From the NCBI GenBank assembly GCA_026981935.1, contig JALSIC010000026.1, forward strand, positions 65-64,064: DNA of 64,000 bases. The letters are read 5' to 3'. Position 1 is the stretch's first letter. Each line of letters starts with the position of its first letter. The notes beneath the pieces are model-generated. The model did no database searches and was not told the origin of the DNA. It was given only the letters and a program-made list of their open reading frames with translations. The translations under genes and the position numbers were made by a program. Of this stretch, positions 31,863-45,027 are shown piece after piece. This stretch comes from Gammaproteobacteria bacterium (lineage in GTDB: Bacteria; Pseudomonadota; Gammaproteobacteria; SZUA-140).

Positions 31863-32072
31863 GGGCAATCAGTTAGGCAATCTTGATAAGAAGTCTGATA
31901 AAAGATCCTTCTTAATTGGCCCGCCATGATCTCCCCCCTCATGGCGGCGCTCTCATGGTCAGTCACCGCCGCCCCGGGATGGCTTTTTTCACGCAGGCCG
32001 GCGGATGTGACGGGTAACACATCCCGGGAACACATCCCTGGCAACATGCCCTTCGTGTTACCCTGTGCCGCC

Positions 32073-34304
<2,232 letters not shown>

Positions 34305-34427
34305 CCGTCCCGTCCCGGTGTCTGCCCTTGCCCTGTCCCTGAAAAGACGGCCGCTGAAAAGGCGGCCTTGCATGTCGGCGGCCAGCGGCGATAATAGGCG
34401 CTTTGCCGATGGAGTCCCTCCCCACCG

Positions 34428-36188
34428 ATGAAACATGCGCTGGAAAAACTCGTCGCCCAGGCCGTGACACGGTTGCAGGATGCGGGCGAACTGCCCGCGG
34501 ACCTCGCCCTGGAGATCCAGATCGAACGCACCCGGGACCGGCGCCACGGTGATTTCGCCTGCAACGTCGCCATGATCCTCGCGCGCCAGGCACGCCGTGC
34601 GCCGCGTGAGCTGGCGCAGCGCATCGTCTCGGCCCTCCCCGCCATGGAGACGGTGGCCGCAGTGGAGGTGGCGGGACCGGGTTTCATCAATTTCCGTCTC
34701 GCGCCTTCGGCCTACCACCAGGTGGTGCGCGACATTCACGCCGCCGGCGAGGCCTTCGGCCGCAGCACCGTGGGGCAGGGACGGCGCGTGCAGGTGGAGT
34801 TCGTCTCCGCCAACCCCACCGGTCCCCTGCACGTGGGCCACGGGCGGGGGGCCGCCTACGGCGCTGCAGTGGCAGACCTGCTGGTGGCGGCCGGATTCCA
34901 GGTGCATCGGGAATACTATGTCAACGATGCCGGCCGCCAGATGGATATCCTCGCCACCAGCCTGTGGCTGCGCTATCTGGAACACTGCGGTGAAACCCTC
35001 CCCTTTCCCGCCAACGGCTACCGCGGCCGGTACGTCATCGACATCGCCGCGGACCTCCATGCCCGCGAAGGCAGGGCCCTGCATCGCCCGGCCGCCCGCG
35101 TCTTCGCCGATCTGCCGCCCGACGAAGGCGCCGGCGGCGACAAGGAGGCCCATATCGACGCCCTCATCGCCCGCTGCCGTGAACTGCTGGGGGAGGCGGA
35201 CTACGAAAAAATCTTCGACTTCGGCCTGTCGGCCATCCTGGACGACATCCGCAGCGACCTGGAAGAATTCGGCGTGGTCTACGAGGCGTGGTACTCGGAG
35301 CGCAGCCTGCTTGAGCGCGGCATCGCCCAGCGGGCCATTGAACGCCTCAAGCAGGGCGGGTTCCTCTACGAGCGCGAGGGTGCGTGGTGGTTCCGCTCCA
35401 CCCAGTTCGGCGATGAAAAGGACCGGGTGGTGATCCGGGAGAATGGTCAGGCCACCTATTTCGCCCACGACATCGCCTACCACATGGACAAGATGGAACG
35501 GGGTTTCGAGCGCGTGATCGACATCTGGGGTGCCGACCACCATGGCTACGTGCCGCGCATCAAGGCGGCGCTGGCCGCCCTGGGTGACGATCCCCGGCGC
35601 CTGGACGTGCTCCTGGTCCAGTTCGCCAGTCTCTACCGGGGTGGCGAGAAGATTCCCATGTCCACCCGCAGCGGCCAGTTCGTCACCCTGCGCGAGCTGC
35701 GCCGCGAGGTGGGCAACGATGCGGCCCGGTTCTTCTACGTGCTGCGCAAATGCGAGCAACACATGGACTTCGATCTGGATCTCGCCAAGTCCCAGAGCAC
35801 CGACAACCCCGTCTATTACGTCCAGTACGCCCATGCGCGCATCTGCAGCGTGATGCGCCAGCTCGCCGAGCAGGGACTGGTCTGGGACAGGGAGCAGGGT
35901 CTGTCCGAACTGCGGCAACTGGTGGAGGAACACGAAGAGACCCTGCTCGTCACCCTGTCGCGCTATCCGGAGGTCATCGAAACGGCGGCACTGGCCCACG
36001 AGCCCCACCAGCTCGCCTATTACCTGCGTGAACTGGCCCAGGCCTTCCACACCTACTACAACGCCCACGCCTTCCTCGTGGAGGCACCCCCCCTGCGCAA
36101 CGCCCGTCTCGCCCTGGTCCTCGCCACCCGCCAGGTCCTGGCCAACGGCCTGGGCATCCTGGGCGTCAGCGCCCCCGAAGCCATGTAG
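34428..36188 (+). CDS. argS: Arginine--tRNA ligase
   Basis: [40 protein letters not shown]. Confidence 0.98.
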   Translation: MKHALEKLVAQAVTRLQDAGELPADLALEIQIERTRDRRHGDFACNVAMILARQARRAPRELAQRIVSALPAMETVAAVEVAGPGFINFRLAPSAYHQVVRDIHAAGEAFGRSTVGQGRRVQVEFVSANPTGPLHVGHGRGAAYGAAVADLLVAAGFQVHREYYVNDAGRQMDILATSLWLRYLEHCGETLPFPANGYRGRYVIDIAADLHAREGRALHRPAARVFADLPPDEGAGGDKEAHIDALIARCRELLGEADYEKIFDFGLSAILDDIRSDLEEFGVVYEAWYSERSLLERGIAQRAIERLKQGGFLYEREGAWWFRSTQFGDEKDRVVIRENGQATYFAHDIAYHMDKMERGFERVIDIWGADHHGYVPRIKAALAALGDDPRRLDVLLVQFASLYRGGEKIPMSTRSGQFVTLRELRREVGNDAARFFYVLRKCEQHMDFDLDLAKSQSTDNPVYYVQYAHARICSVMRQLAEQGLVWDREQGLSELRQLVEEHEETLLVTLSRYPEVIETAALAHEPHQLAYYLRELAQAFHTYYNAHAFLVEAPPLRNARLALVLATRQVLANGLGILGVSAPEAM

Positions 36189-36191
36189 CCC

Positions 36192-36785
36192 ATGGCCCGC
36201 CCGGCTGCGACCCGCAAAAAGAAGAAAAAGAAGCCGTCGGCGCAACCCTCGGCACCGTCCTGGCTGTGGCTGCTGCTGGGGCTTTTCATCGGCCTGAGCG
36301 CTGCGGCCGTTTTCCACTTTCTGCGCGAAGACCCGGCCGTTCCAGCGGCATCGCCACCCTCATCTTCCCCATCACCAGCCCCATCGCCAACCCCATCGAC
36401 AGACGAGACGCCGGCGGCGCAGGCGCCACCGGCGGATCCCGACGCGCCCCGCTTCGACTTCTATACCCTGCTGCCGAAGATGGAAGTGGAAATACCCAGG
36501 GAAAAACTGGAAGAGGCCCTGCGCCAGCTGCCCAAGGTGGACAGGGGCGGCACCTACATCCTGCAGGCCGGTTCCTTCCGCGACTACGAGGACGCCGACG
36601 AACTCAAGGCACGCCTCGCCCTGCTGGGCATCGAGTCCGACATCCAGACCGTGGTGATCAAAAACGGCTCCGCCTGGCACCGCGTGCGCATCGGTCCCTT
36701 CAAGGGCCTGGAGGCCGTCAAGCCCGTGCGACGCAAGCTCAAGCACAACCATATCGATTTCGTGGTGATCAGGATCGGGGATTAA
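36192..36785 (+). CDS. SPOR-domain cell division protein (FtsN-like)
   Basis: Basic N-terminus, TM helix, Pro-rich linker, FDFYTLLP, LQAGSF, WHRVRIGP; follows argS. Confidence 0.9.
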   Translation: MARPAATRKKKKKKPSAQPSAPSWLWLLLGLFIGLSAAAVFHFLREDPAVPAASPPSSSPSPAPSPTPSTDETPAAQAPPADPDAPRFDFYTLLPKMEVEIPREKLEEALRQLPKVDRGGTYILQAGSFRDYEDADELKARLALLGIESDIQTVVIKNGSAWHRVRIGPFKGLEAVKPVRRKLKHNHIDFVVIRIGD

Positions 36786-36857
36786 AGGTGATCCCCGGTG
36801 GACGTGGAAGGAACACCATCGGCTGCCGGTCTCTGCGCGGCCCCGCGCCGGAATCCG

Positions 36858-36909
36858 GTACTGGGATCCTGTACTGGGATCCTGTAGTGGGATCCTGTAC
36901 TGGGATCCG
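36858..36909. repeat. 13-bp tandem repeat GTACTGGGATCCT x4, each with a GATC
   Basis: Read directly; upstream of the MNT gene. Confidence 0.9.
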
Positions 36910-36977
36910 GACTCGGACAACGGCCCGACAAACGCTACAATGGCAATCACAATCATTCGGCCGATCAGGCTGGTCAC

Positions 36978-37313
36978 ATGAAAGCTGGCGGCAAACCACC
37001 CCCGTTATCACATCAGGATGATGAGCAGCGTTATCTCGATCTGGCCCGGGAGATCGTCCTCTCGCACCTGCAGGATATGGATTGCCAAGTGTTCCTGTAT
37101 GGATCCAGGGCCTGCGGTACGGCAAGCCGGTGTTCGGACATCGATATCGGCTTTCTGTGCGACCGACCGCTGGATGAAAGACGGCTGGCGGCAATCCGTC
37201 ACAGCCTGGAAGAATCCATCGTCCCCTACCCCGTTGACCTGACGGACTTTACAGCCGTCGAGGACGAAGCCTTCAAGGCACAAGCCCTCAAAGAGGCCAT
37301 CAGATGGAGATAA
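36978..37313 (+). CDS. Minimal nucleotidyltransferase (MNT) antitoxin
   Basis: GS-X10-DID motif (YGSRACGTASRCSDID), third acidic residue in VDL; about 110 aa. Confidence 0.85.
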   Translation: MKAGGKPPPLSHQDDEQRYLDLAREIVLSHLQDMDCQVFLYGSRACGTASRCSDIDIGFLCDRPLDERRLAAIRHSLEESIVPYPVDLTDFTAVEDEAFKAQALKEAIRWR

Positions 37314-37735
37314 CCCAACGCCTGCAGAAAAAGATCGAGCAATACCAGAAAGCCCTCAAGGGCTTCAAAGACCTTCTTGCACTCGACCTGCGGTCTTATG
37401 AAGGCGTGGTACTGGATGGACTGCAAAACGGACTGATCCAGAAATTCGCAGTGTGCGCGGAACTCACCTGGAAACTCATCAAGCTCTATCTGCTGGCGGA
37501 ACACCAGATCGATGCCAGAACCCCGAAATCCGCCATCAAGGAATTCTACCTTGCCGGACTGGCGGACAGCGGCCTGTACGAGAAGCTGATACAAATGCAG
37601 GATGACCGCAACAGCCTGAGTCACATGTACAGTGAAGCGGCCTTCCAGAAAATTCTCGGCAAGTTGAGAAGCCATGAGAACAGCATGGAAGCCGTGCTCG
37701 CCATCATCAGCAGGTCCATGACGGCGCAAGGGTAA
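37304..37735 (+). CDS. HEPN toxin, HI0074-family nucleotidyltransferase substrate-binding protein
   Basis: GLIQKF..ELTWK, RNSLSHMY (RX4HXY); overlaps MNT by 10 bp. Confidence 0.85.
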   Translation: MEITQRLQKKIEQYQKALKGFKDLLALDLRSYEGVVLDGLQNGLIQKFAVCAELTWKLIKLYLLAEHQIDARTPKSAIKEFYLAGLADSGLYEKLIQMQDDRNSLSHMYSEAAFQKILGKLRSHENSMEAVLAIISRSMTAQG

Positions 37736-37762
37736 TATTGAGAGTTGCCTCCATGCATGACA

Positions 37763-38020
37763 TGGACAGCCTGCATGAAGCCTCACGAAATGCAGCATAC
37801 AAGTGACGCCTGTCATTCCGAGCGCAGCGGGAAATGACAGGGAAGTGCGGCGGGACTGGCAAGGAGACGTGGTGGGAATGACATTGTCCCCGTCATTTCG
37901 GGACATTGTCCCCGTCATTTCGAGCGCAGCGAGAAATCCGAAACCACTGACACAAGACTTCTCCCTTCGGTCGAAATGACAAGGAGATGCCGGCTCCCGA
38001 AGCCTGCATCCAGGCTGCAT
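37763..38020. repeat. Mosaic of REP-like palindromes (GTCAT..ATGAC type flanked by degenerate GTAG-type arms)
   Basis: TGTCATTCCGAGCGCAGCGGGAAATGACA; GTCATTTCGAGCGCAGCGAGAAATC..CTTCTCCCTTCGGTCGAAATGAC; 22-bp internal duplication. Confidence 0.75.
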
Positions 38021-38086
38021 GGCGGCCGTCAGTCAATAATGCAAGTCTCGATAATCCCCGCTTGTTCCACCTTCTGTCCCCCGCCC

Positions 38087-40009
<1,923 letters not shown>

Positions 40010-40070
40010 TTCCGTGTCGTTTTCCTTTCTGCTGCTTTATCTTCCCTATACTATACACCTCCTCCCCTCC

Positions 40071-40112
40071 ATCCTCCGTCCTCTGTCCTCCGTCCTCTGT
40101 CCTCCGTCCTCC
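40071..40112. repeat. GTCCTCN heptamer array x6 immediately after the gdh stop codon
   Basis: atcctcc gtcctct gtcctcc gtcctct gtcctcc gtcctcc. Confidence 0.9.
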
Positions 40113-40114
40113 GA

Positions 40115-41530
40115 TCAGTAGACCCCGATGTCCAGATAGGACCGCGCAATCTTGCGGATGGCCACCACATAACTGGCGGTACGCAGATCCTGCACCCCCG
40201 CCTCTTCCAGGTACACGCGGCGGATCTCCTGATAGGCCAGGCGCATGGTATCGTCGAGGCCGGAACGCACCAGGTCCAGTTCGTCGGCGCCGCGGCTGAT
40301 GGAATCCCGCAGGCCCGCCGGCAGGGCATTGCCGGTGGCCTCCTCCACCATGTCCGCAAACTGGCGGCCGCGCAGCTCGTCGTGGCGGCGCTGCATGCGC
40401 CCGAAACGGATGTGGGAGATGTTGCGGATCCACTCGAAATAGGAAACGGTCACGCCGCCGGCATTGACATAGGCATCGGGCAGGATCACCACCCCCTTCT
40501 TGTTGAGAATCTCGTCGGCACCGTAGGTCACGGGACCGTTGGCCGCCTCGGCGATGAGCCTCGCCTGGATGCGCGGCGCATTGTCCAGGGTGATCTGGCT
40601 CTCCAGCGCGGCAGGGATGAGGATGTCGCAGGGCATCTCCAGTACCGCCTTGCCGTCGGCCTCGAAGCGCGCCCCGGGAAAGTTGCGGATACTGCGGTGC
40701 TGAACCATGTGCTGATACAGGTCCTCTATGGCCACCCCGGCCTCGTTGATGAGCGCACCGTCGCGCTCGATGACGGCGACGATGCGGGCACCGTCTTCCT
40801 CCGAGAGGAACTTGGCGGCGTGATAACCCACGTTGCCCAGTCCCTGGATGACGATGCGCTTGCCCTCCAGCCCGCCCTCGAGGCCTGCCCTGCGGACATC
40901 CTCGGGGTGGCGGAAGAATTCCCGCAGGGCGTACTGAACCCCCCGGCCGGTGGCCTCCACGCGGCCCCGGATGCCGCCGTGGTGCACCGGCTTGCCGGTG
41001 ACGCAGGCCACGTAGTTGATGTCTTCGGGATGCAGGTGCTTGTAGGTATCCGCCATCCAGGCCATCTCCCGCTGGCCGGTACCCACGTCGGGGGCCGGCA
41101 CGTTGATGGCCGGGCTGAGAAAGCCGCGCCGCACCAGTTCCAGGGTGAAGCGCCGGGTGATGAGTTCCATCTCCTCGCGCTCATAACGGGACGGATCGAT
41201 GAGCAGGGCCCCCTTGGAACCGCCGAAGGGGACGTCCACGATGGCGCATTTGTAGGTCATGAGCGCCGCGAGCGCCTCCACCTCGTCCTGGTCGGCATAG
41301 GGGGCATAACGGATGCCGCCCTTGGCGGGGAGGCGGTGCATGCTGTGCACGGCACGCCAGCCGGTGAACACCTCGATGCGCCCCCGGATCTTGACGGGGA
41401 ACTGTACCTGCAGGACCGCAGCGCAGGACTTGATGGCCGCGGCGGTACCGGGATCCACGTCCACCACCGCCATGGCCCGGTCCACCATGAGATTGACACT
41501 GTCGCGAAATGAAGGCTCGGTCACCGCCAT
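40115..41530 (-). CDS. gdhA: Glu/Leu/Phe/Val dehydrogenase (glutamate dehydrogenase)
   Basis: KGGIRY, PFGGSKG, VPAPDVGT, ATGRGV, QGLGNVG, NAGGVTVSYFEW. Confidence 0.9.
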   Translation of the reverse strand: MAVTEPSFRDSVNLMVDRAMAVVDVDPGTAAAIKSCAAVLQVQFPVKIRGRIEVFTGWRAVHSMHRLPAKGGIRYAPYADQDEVEALAALMTYKCAIVDVPFGGSKGALLIDPSRYEREEMELITRRFTLELVRRGFLSPAINVPAPDVGTGQREMAWMADTYKHLHPEDINYVACVTGKPVHHGGIRGRVEATGRGVQYALREFFRHPEDVRRAGLEGGLEGKRIVIQGLGNVGYHAAKFLSEEDGARIVAVIERDGALINEAGVAIEDLYQHMVQHRSIRNFPGARFEADGKAVLEMPCDILIPAALESQITLDNAPRIQARLIAEAANGPVTYGADEILNKKGVVILPDAYVNAGGVTVSYFEWIRNISHIRFGRMQRRHDELRGRQFADMVEEATGNALPAGLRDSISRGADELDLVRSGLDDTMRLAYQEIRRVYLEEAGVQDLRTASYVVAIRKIARSYLDIGVY

Positions 41531-41660
41531 CCCTCCGTCGTCTCGGTTCGTCTTCCAGGATGCAATATGCGGACCAGTGGAAGGGGGGCACGAAGAATTT
41601 TGTCATTGCCGTCTTTGGGACTACCATGAGATGAAACAAGCACCGTTGAAGGGAGGCAGC

Positions 41661-42752
41661 ATGAAAACGAGATCCACCTTCGCCGCAGGCCTGCTCACCA
41701 CGCTGCTAACGCTGGCCATTACGCTGTCTGTTCCACTGGCTACCGGCATCGCCACCGCGGCACCATTGATGTACGTCCCCACCGGCCCCACCAACGAGGT
41801 CCTGGTCATCGACCTGCATACCGACCGCATCGTGCAACGCATCGCCGGACTGGAAAATGCCCATGGCCTGGCGGGCAACGCGCGCGCCTTCTACCTCGTC
41901 GCCGGCAGCATGCAGCCACAGGGCACCGGCGGAAACGGCGCAAAACCCGCGGCGGGGAATGACGACGCCCATGCCGCCCACCACGGCAAGGCCGCGGGCG
42001 CCGCCGCAACCTCCCCTTCCGCCACCCCCTTCGTCACCCTCATCGACCGGCGCACGCGCAAGATCACACGTCGCATCGGCGTGCCGGGACTGACCCATCA
42101 CACGGCGGTATCGCCCGATGGCGAATATGCCGCCGCCGTCCACCCCGGCAAGGGCGCCGTATCCATCATCGACCTGGATGAACAACGGGTGATCGAGAAC
42201 ATCGCCGTCGGTGCCGGCCCCAATTTTGCCCTGTTCGGTCACAGGGACGGCCACCTTTACATCTCCAATACCCGTGACGGCAGTATCAGCGTCATCGACA
42301 CGCGCCAATGGCGCCGGCTGGGCGACATCGACGTCGGTGGCGAACCGGAACACATGGCCCTGAGCGCGGATGGCAACCGCCTCTACGTGGTCGACGTGGG
42401 TAACGGCAAGGTCCTGGAAGTGGACCTGCCGGGCGCGGCGGTACGCACGATCTACCCCGTGGGCACCGCACCCCACGCCGTGGACGTCTCCACCGACCGG
42501 CGCTGGCTGTTTGTCTCCGTCAGGGGCGAAAACAGACTGGTACGCATCGACCAGGAGAGCGGCGCCCGCCTGAGCGTCGATCTCCCACCCGCCCCCTATC
42601 ATCTGGAATACGCGGAGGTGGTGGACAAGCTCTATGTCTCCAGCCGCAAGTTGCCCCGGATCTGGGTACTGGATCCCCGGACCCTGGCGGTGCGCGGGAC
42701 CATCGATCTCGGCCGCGGCGTGGGCCACCAGATGGTTGTCATCCCCGAATGA
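41661..42752 (+). CDS. Exported YncE/YVTN-type beta-propeller protein, His-rich
   Basis: GGAGG RBS, signal peptide, about 7 blades (LYVxx..VSIID..IxVG..P). Confidence 0.8.
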   Translation: MKTRSTFAAGLLTTLLTLAITLSVPLATGIATAAPLMYVPTGPTNEVLVIDLHTDRIVQRIAGLENAHGLAGNARAFYLVAGSMQPQGTGGNGAKPAAGNDDAHAAHHGKAAGAAATSPSATPFVTLIDRRTRKITRRIGVPGLTHHTAVSPDGEYAAAVHPGKGAVSIIDLDEQRVIENIAVGAGPNFALFGHRDGHLYISNTRDGSISVIDTRQWRRLGDIDVGGEPEHMALSADGNRLYVVDVGNGKVLEVDLPGAAVRTIYPVGTAPHAVDVSTDRRWLFVSVRGENRLVRIDQESGARLSVDLPPAPYHLEYAEVVDKLYVSSRKLPRIWVLDPRTLAVRGTIDLGRGVGHQMVVIPE

Positions 42753-42963
42753 GACGCATGCGCGGGTCACGTCTGCAAACGCCGGAACAGGATATATCTC
42801 GTTTCTGGGAAAATGTAACCGGCGCCAATCCCCCGCAAGTGGTGACCATCGCGCTGTGCAAGCGCCTGGCCGCCGAACGACAGAAACTGCCAGTCACATA
42901 CTGACGGTCTCGTAGTTGAATAGACAGGGTCGGGGCTGTTGGTGCGCCGGTTCGGTAGGTTCG

Positions 42964-43054
42964 GTAGCCTGGATGAAGCGCTGCAAGCGCGGAATCCAGG
43001 AAACCAGACGGCAAAACCCCTGCACCCGGATTACGTTCCACTCCACCGGGCTAC
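42964..43054. repeat. GTAG-family REP doublet
   Basis: GTAGCCTGGATGAAGCG..GGAATCCAGG and CCCGGATTACG..CCGGGCTAC. Confidence 0.8.
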
Positions 43055-43122
43055 ACATTTTGATATGGACAATTATGAGACCCTTAAAACTAGCCACATA
43101 ACCGGTCACACAAGCTGAGGCC

Positions 43123-44928
43123 ATGGCAGCGGGAGAGGAAGACGACAACAGTGTCGGTGCCCGGCAGGTACTCGCCGCCTGGCGTGCCGGCAGACCCGAC
43201 AATTACCTGCAGGCCGATCTCAACATCCAGCGGGTACTGCGCCTCTATCTCGGCAACGCATACGCGGAACACGAGCCGATGCTGAGCCAGGCTGCATCGC
43301 TGGCGGCAACACGCATGGACCGGCTGGCCATTGACTCCAACCGCGATGAAAACCTGCCGCGCCTGGAACGGTTCGATGCCATCGGTGAACGCCGCGAGGA
43401 TATCGTCTTCCACCCCGCCTATCACGAACTCGGCGCCTGTGTATGGGGCACCGGCGTGCTCAGTGTGCTGCGCGAGCCCGGCAACGAAGTACTCAGCGGC
43501 GCACTGACCTATTTCATCACCCACAACGGTGAAGCCGGCCATGCCTGCCCGGTGGCATGCACGGCCGGCCTGATCAAATTGCTGCAACAGGTGGGTTCGA
43601 CGCGGCAGAAGACCGCCTATCTCCCTGGCCTGCTGGAATCGGACTATGGCAGATGCCTGCGTGCCGCCCAGTTCGTTACCGAAATCCAGGGCGGCTCGGA
43701 CGTGGGCACCAACAGCTGCAGGGCCGTGCCCGATGACAGCCGCCCGGGCTGGTACCGTCTCCGGGGCGAAAAATGGTTCTGCTCGGTCATCGATGCCGAT
43801 CTGTTTCTCGTGACGGCCCGCCCGCGGGGCGCAGCCGCAGGAACCCGGGGGCTGGGGTTGTTCCTGGTCCCCCGCCGCATAGACGGCATCACCAACGACT
43901 TTTCCGTGCGCCGCCTCAAATACAAGCTGGGCACCCGCTCCCTGGCATCGGCCGAGGTGGATTTCGAGGGGGCACTGGGAGAACCGGTGGGCCCCTTGTC
44001 CCACGGTTTCCGTCATCTCATGGGTATCGTGATCGACACCTCCCGTGTCCACAATGCCATCGCCGCCTGCGGCCTGATGCGCCGCGCCTGTATCGAGGCC
44101 CGGGGTTATGCCCGCCACCGCGAGGCCTTCGGCAAGACGCTGGCCGAGCACCCGCCCATCGCGCAGATCCTCGCCCGCATGACCACTGTCACCACGGCCG
44201 CGGTGGCCGCCACTTTTCGCATTCTCGCCATGAACGACCGGCTGGCGGGCCGCCGCCCGCCCCCCGGACTGGCCGAGGCGCGCCGCACCCACGTCAACAT
44301 CAACAAATACTGGACCGCTGTCCAGTGCAGCCGGGTGGTCCGCGATGCCATCGAGGTCCTCGGCGGCAACGGCACCATCGAGGATTTCTCGGTATTGCCG
44401 CGCCTCTACCGCGATGCCATGGTCCTGGAAAGCTGGGAAGGGACGCACAACACGCTGTGTGCCCAGGTCCTGCGCGACTTCACCGAGCGTGGCCTGCACC
44501 GCCCCTGGCTCGCGGAAATGCGCCAGTCCCTTGCCCGGGTCGCGCATCCGGCCCTGGCTGAACAGCGTGCCCGCGCTGCTGCCCTGCTGGACGAGGTGGC
44601 GGGGCGCATTCACCGCCTGCTCCATGCCGATGCCGAATACGCGGCCCTGCACATCCGCAGTGTCGTGGAACGCATGTGCACGGCCCATGGTTTTCTGAGC
44701 CTGCTGCTGGAGCTGGACTGGGAGTTGGACTGGGAGTTGAACCGGGAGTTGGACTGGGAGCTGAACCGGCAGCCGACAAGGGCACCTGAACAGGTGGATG
44801 GAGACGAAAAAACCGCGATCCTGGCACTGTACCGCCACCTGTACGTCGACCGCACCGATGCCATGGAAGACAGCGACCTGCCGGCCCTGGTTCGCACGCT
44901 GGCCGCACCACGCCGCCAGGACATCTGA
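43123..44928 (+). CDS. Acyl-CoA dehydrogenase family protein (AidB-like)
   Basis: FHPAYH, ACPVACT, TEIQGGSD, GEKWFCS, KLGTRSLAS, EVLGGNG, WEGT.N. Confidence 0.85.
   Translation: MAAGEEDDNSVGARQVLAAWRAGRPDNYLQADLNIQRVLRLYLGNAYAEHEPMLSQAASLAATRMDRLAIDSNRDENLPRLERFDAIGERREDIVFHPAYHELGACVWGTGVLSVLREPGNEVLSGALTYFITHNGEAGHACPVACTAGLIKLLQQVGSTRQKTAYLPGLLESDYGRCLRAAQFVTEIQGGSDVGTNSCRAVPDDSRPGWYRLRGEKWFCSVIDADLFLVTARPRGAAAGTRGLGLFLVPRRIDGITNDFSVRRLKYKLGTRSLASAEVDFEGALGEPVGPLSHGFRHLMGIVIDTSRVHNAIAACGLMRRACIEARGYARHREAFGKTLAEHPPIAQILARMTTVTTAAVAATFRILAMNDRLAGRRPPPGLAEARRTHVNINKYWTAVQCSRVVRDAIEVLGGNGTIEDFSVLPRLYRDAMVLESWEGTHNTLCAQVLRDFTERGLHRPWLAEMRQSLARVAHPALAEQRARAAALLDEVAGRIHRLLHADAEYAALHIRSVVERMCTAHGFLSLLLELDWELDWELNRELDWELNRQPTRAPEQVDGDEKTAILALYRHLYVDRTDAMEDSDLPALVRTLAAPRRQDI
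44709..44768 (+). repeat. In-frame 12-bp tandem repeat x5 (ELDW/ELNR)
   Basis: ggagctggactg ggagttggactg ggagttgaaccg ggagttggactg ggagctgaaccg. Confidence 0.9.
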
Positions 44929-45027
44929 GCCGGCACGGCATTGCCCGGGCTTGTACTATCGGGCAAGAGGCACCATGTACATAAGGCTTGCGTCCCTCAT
45001 GTTCGTATCATCGCCGAGGAGAGAAAA

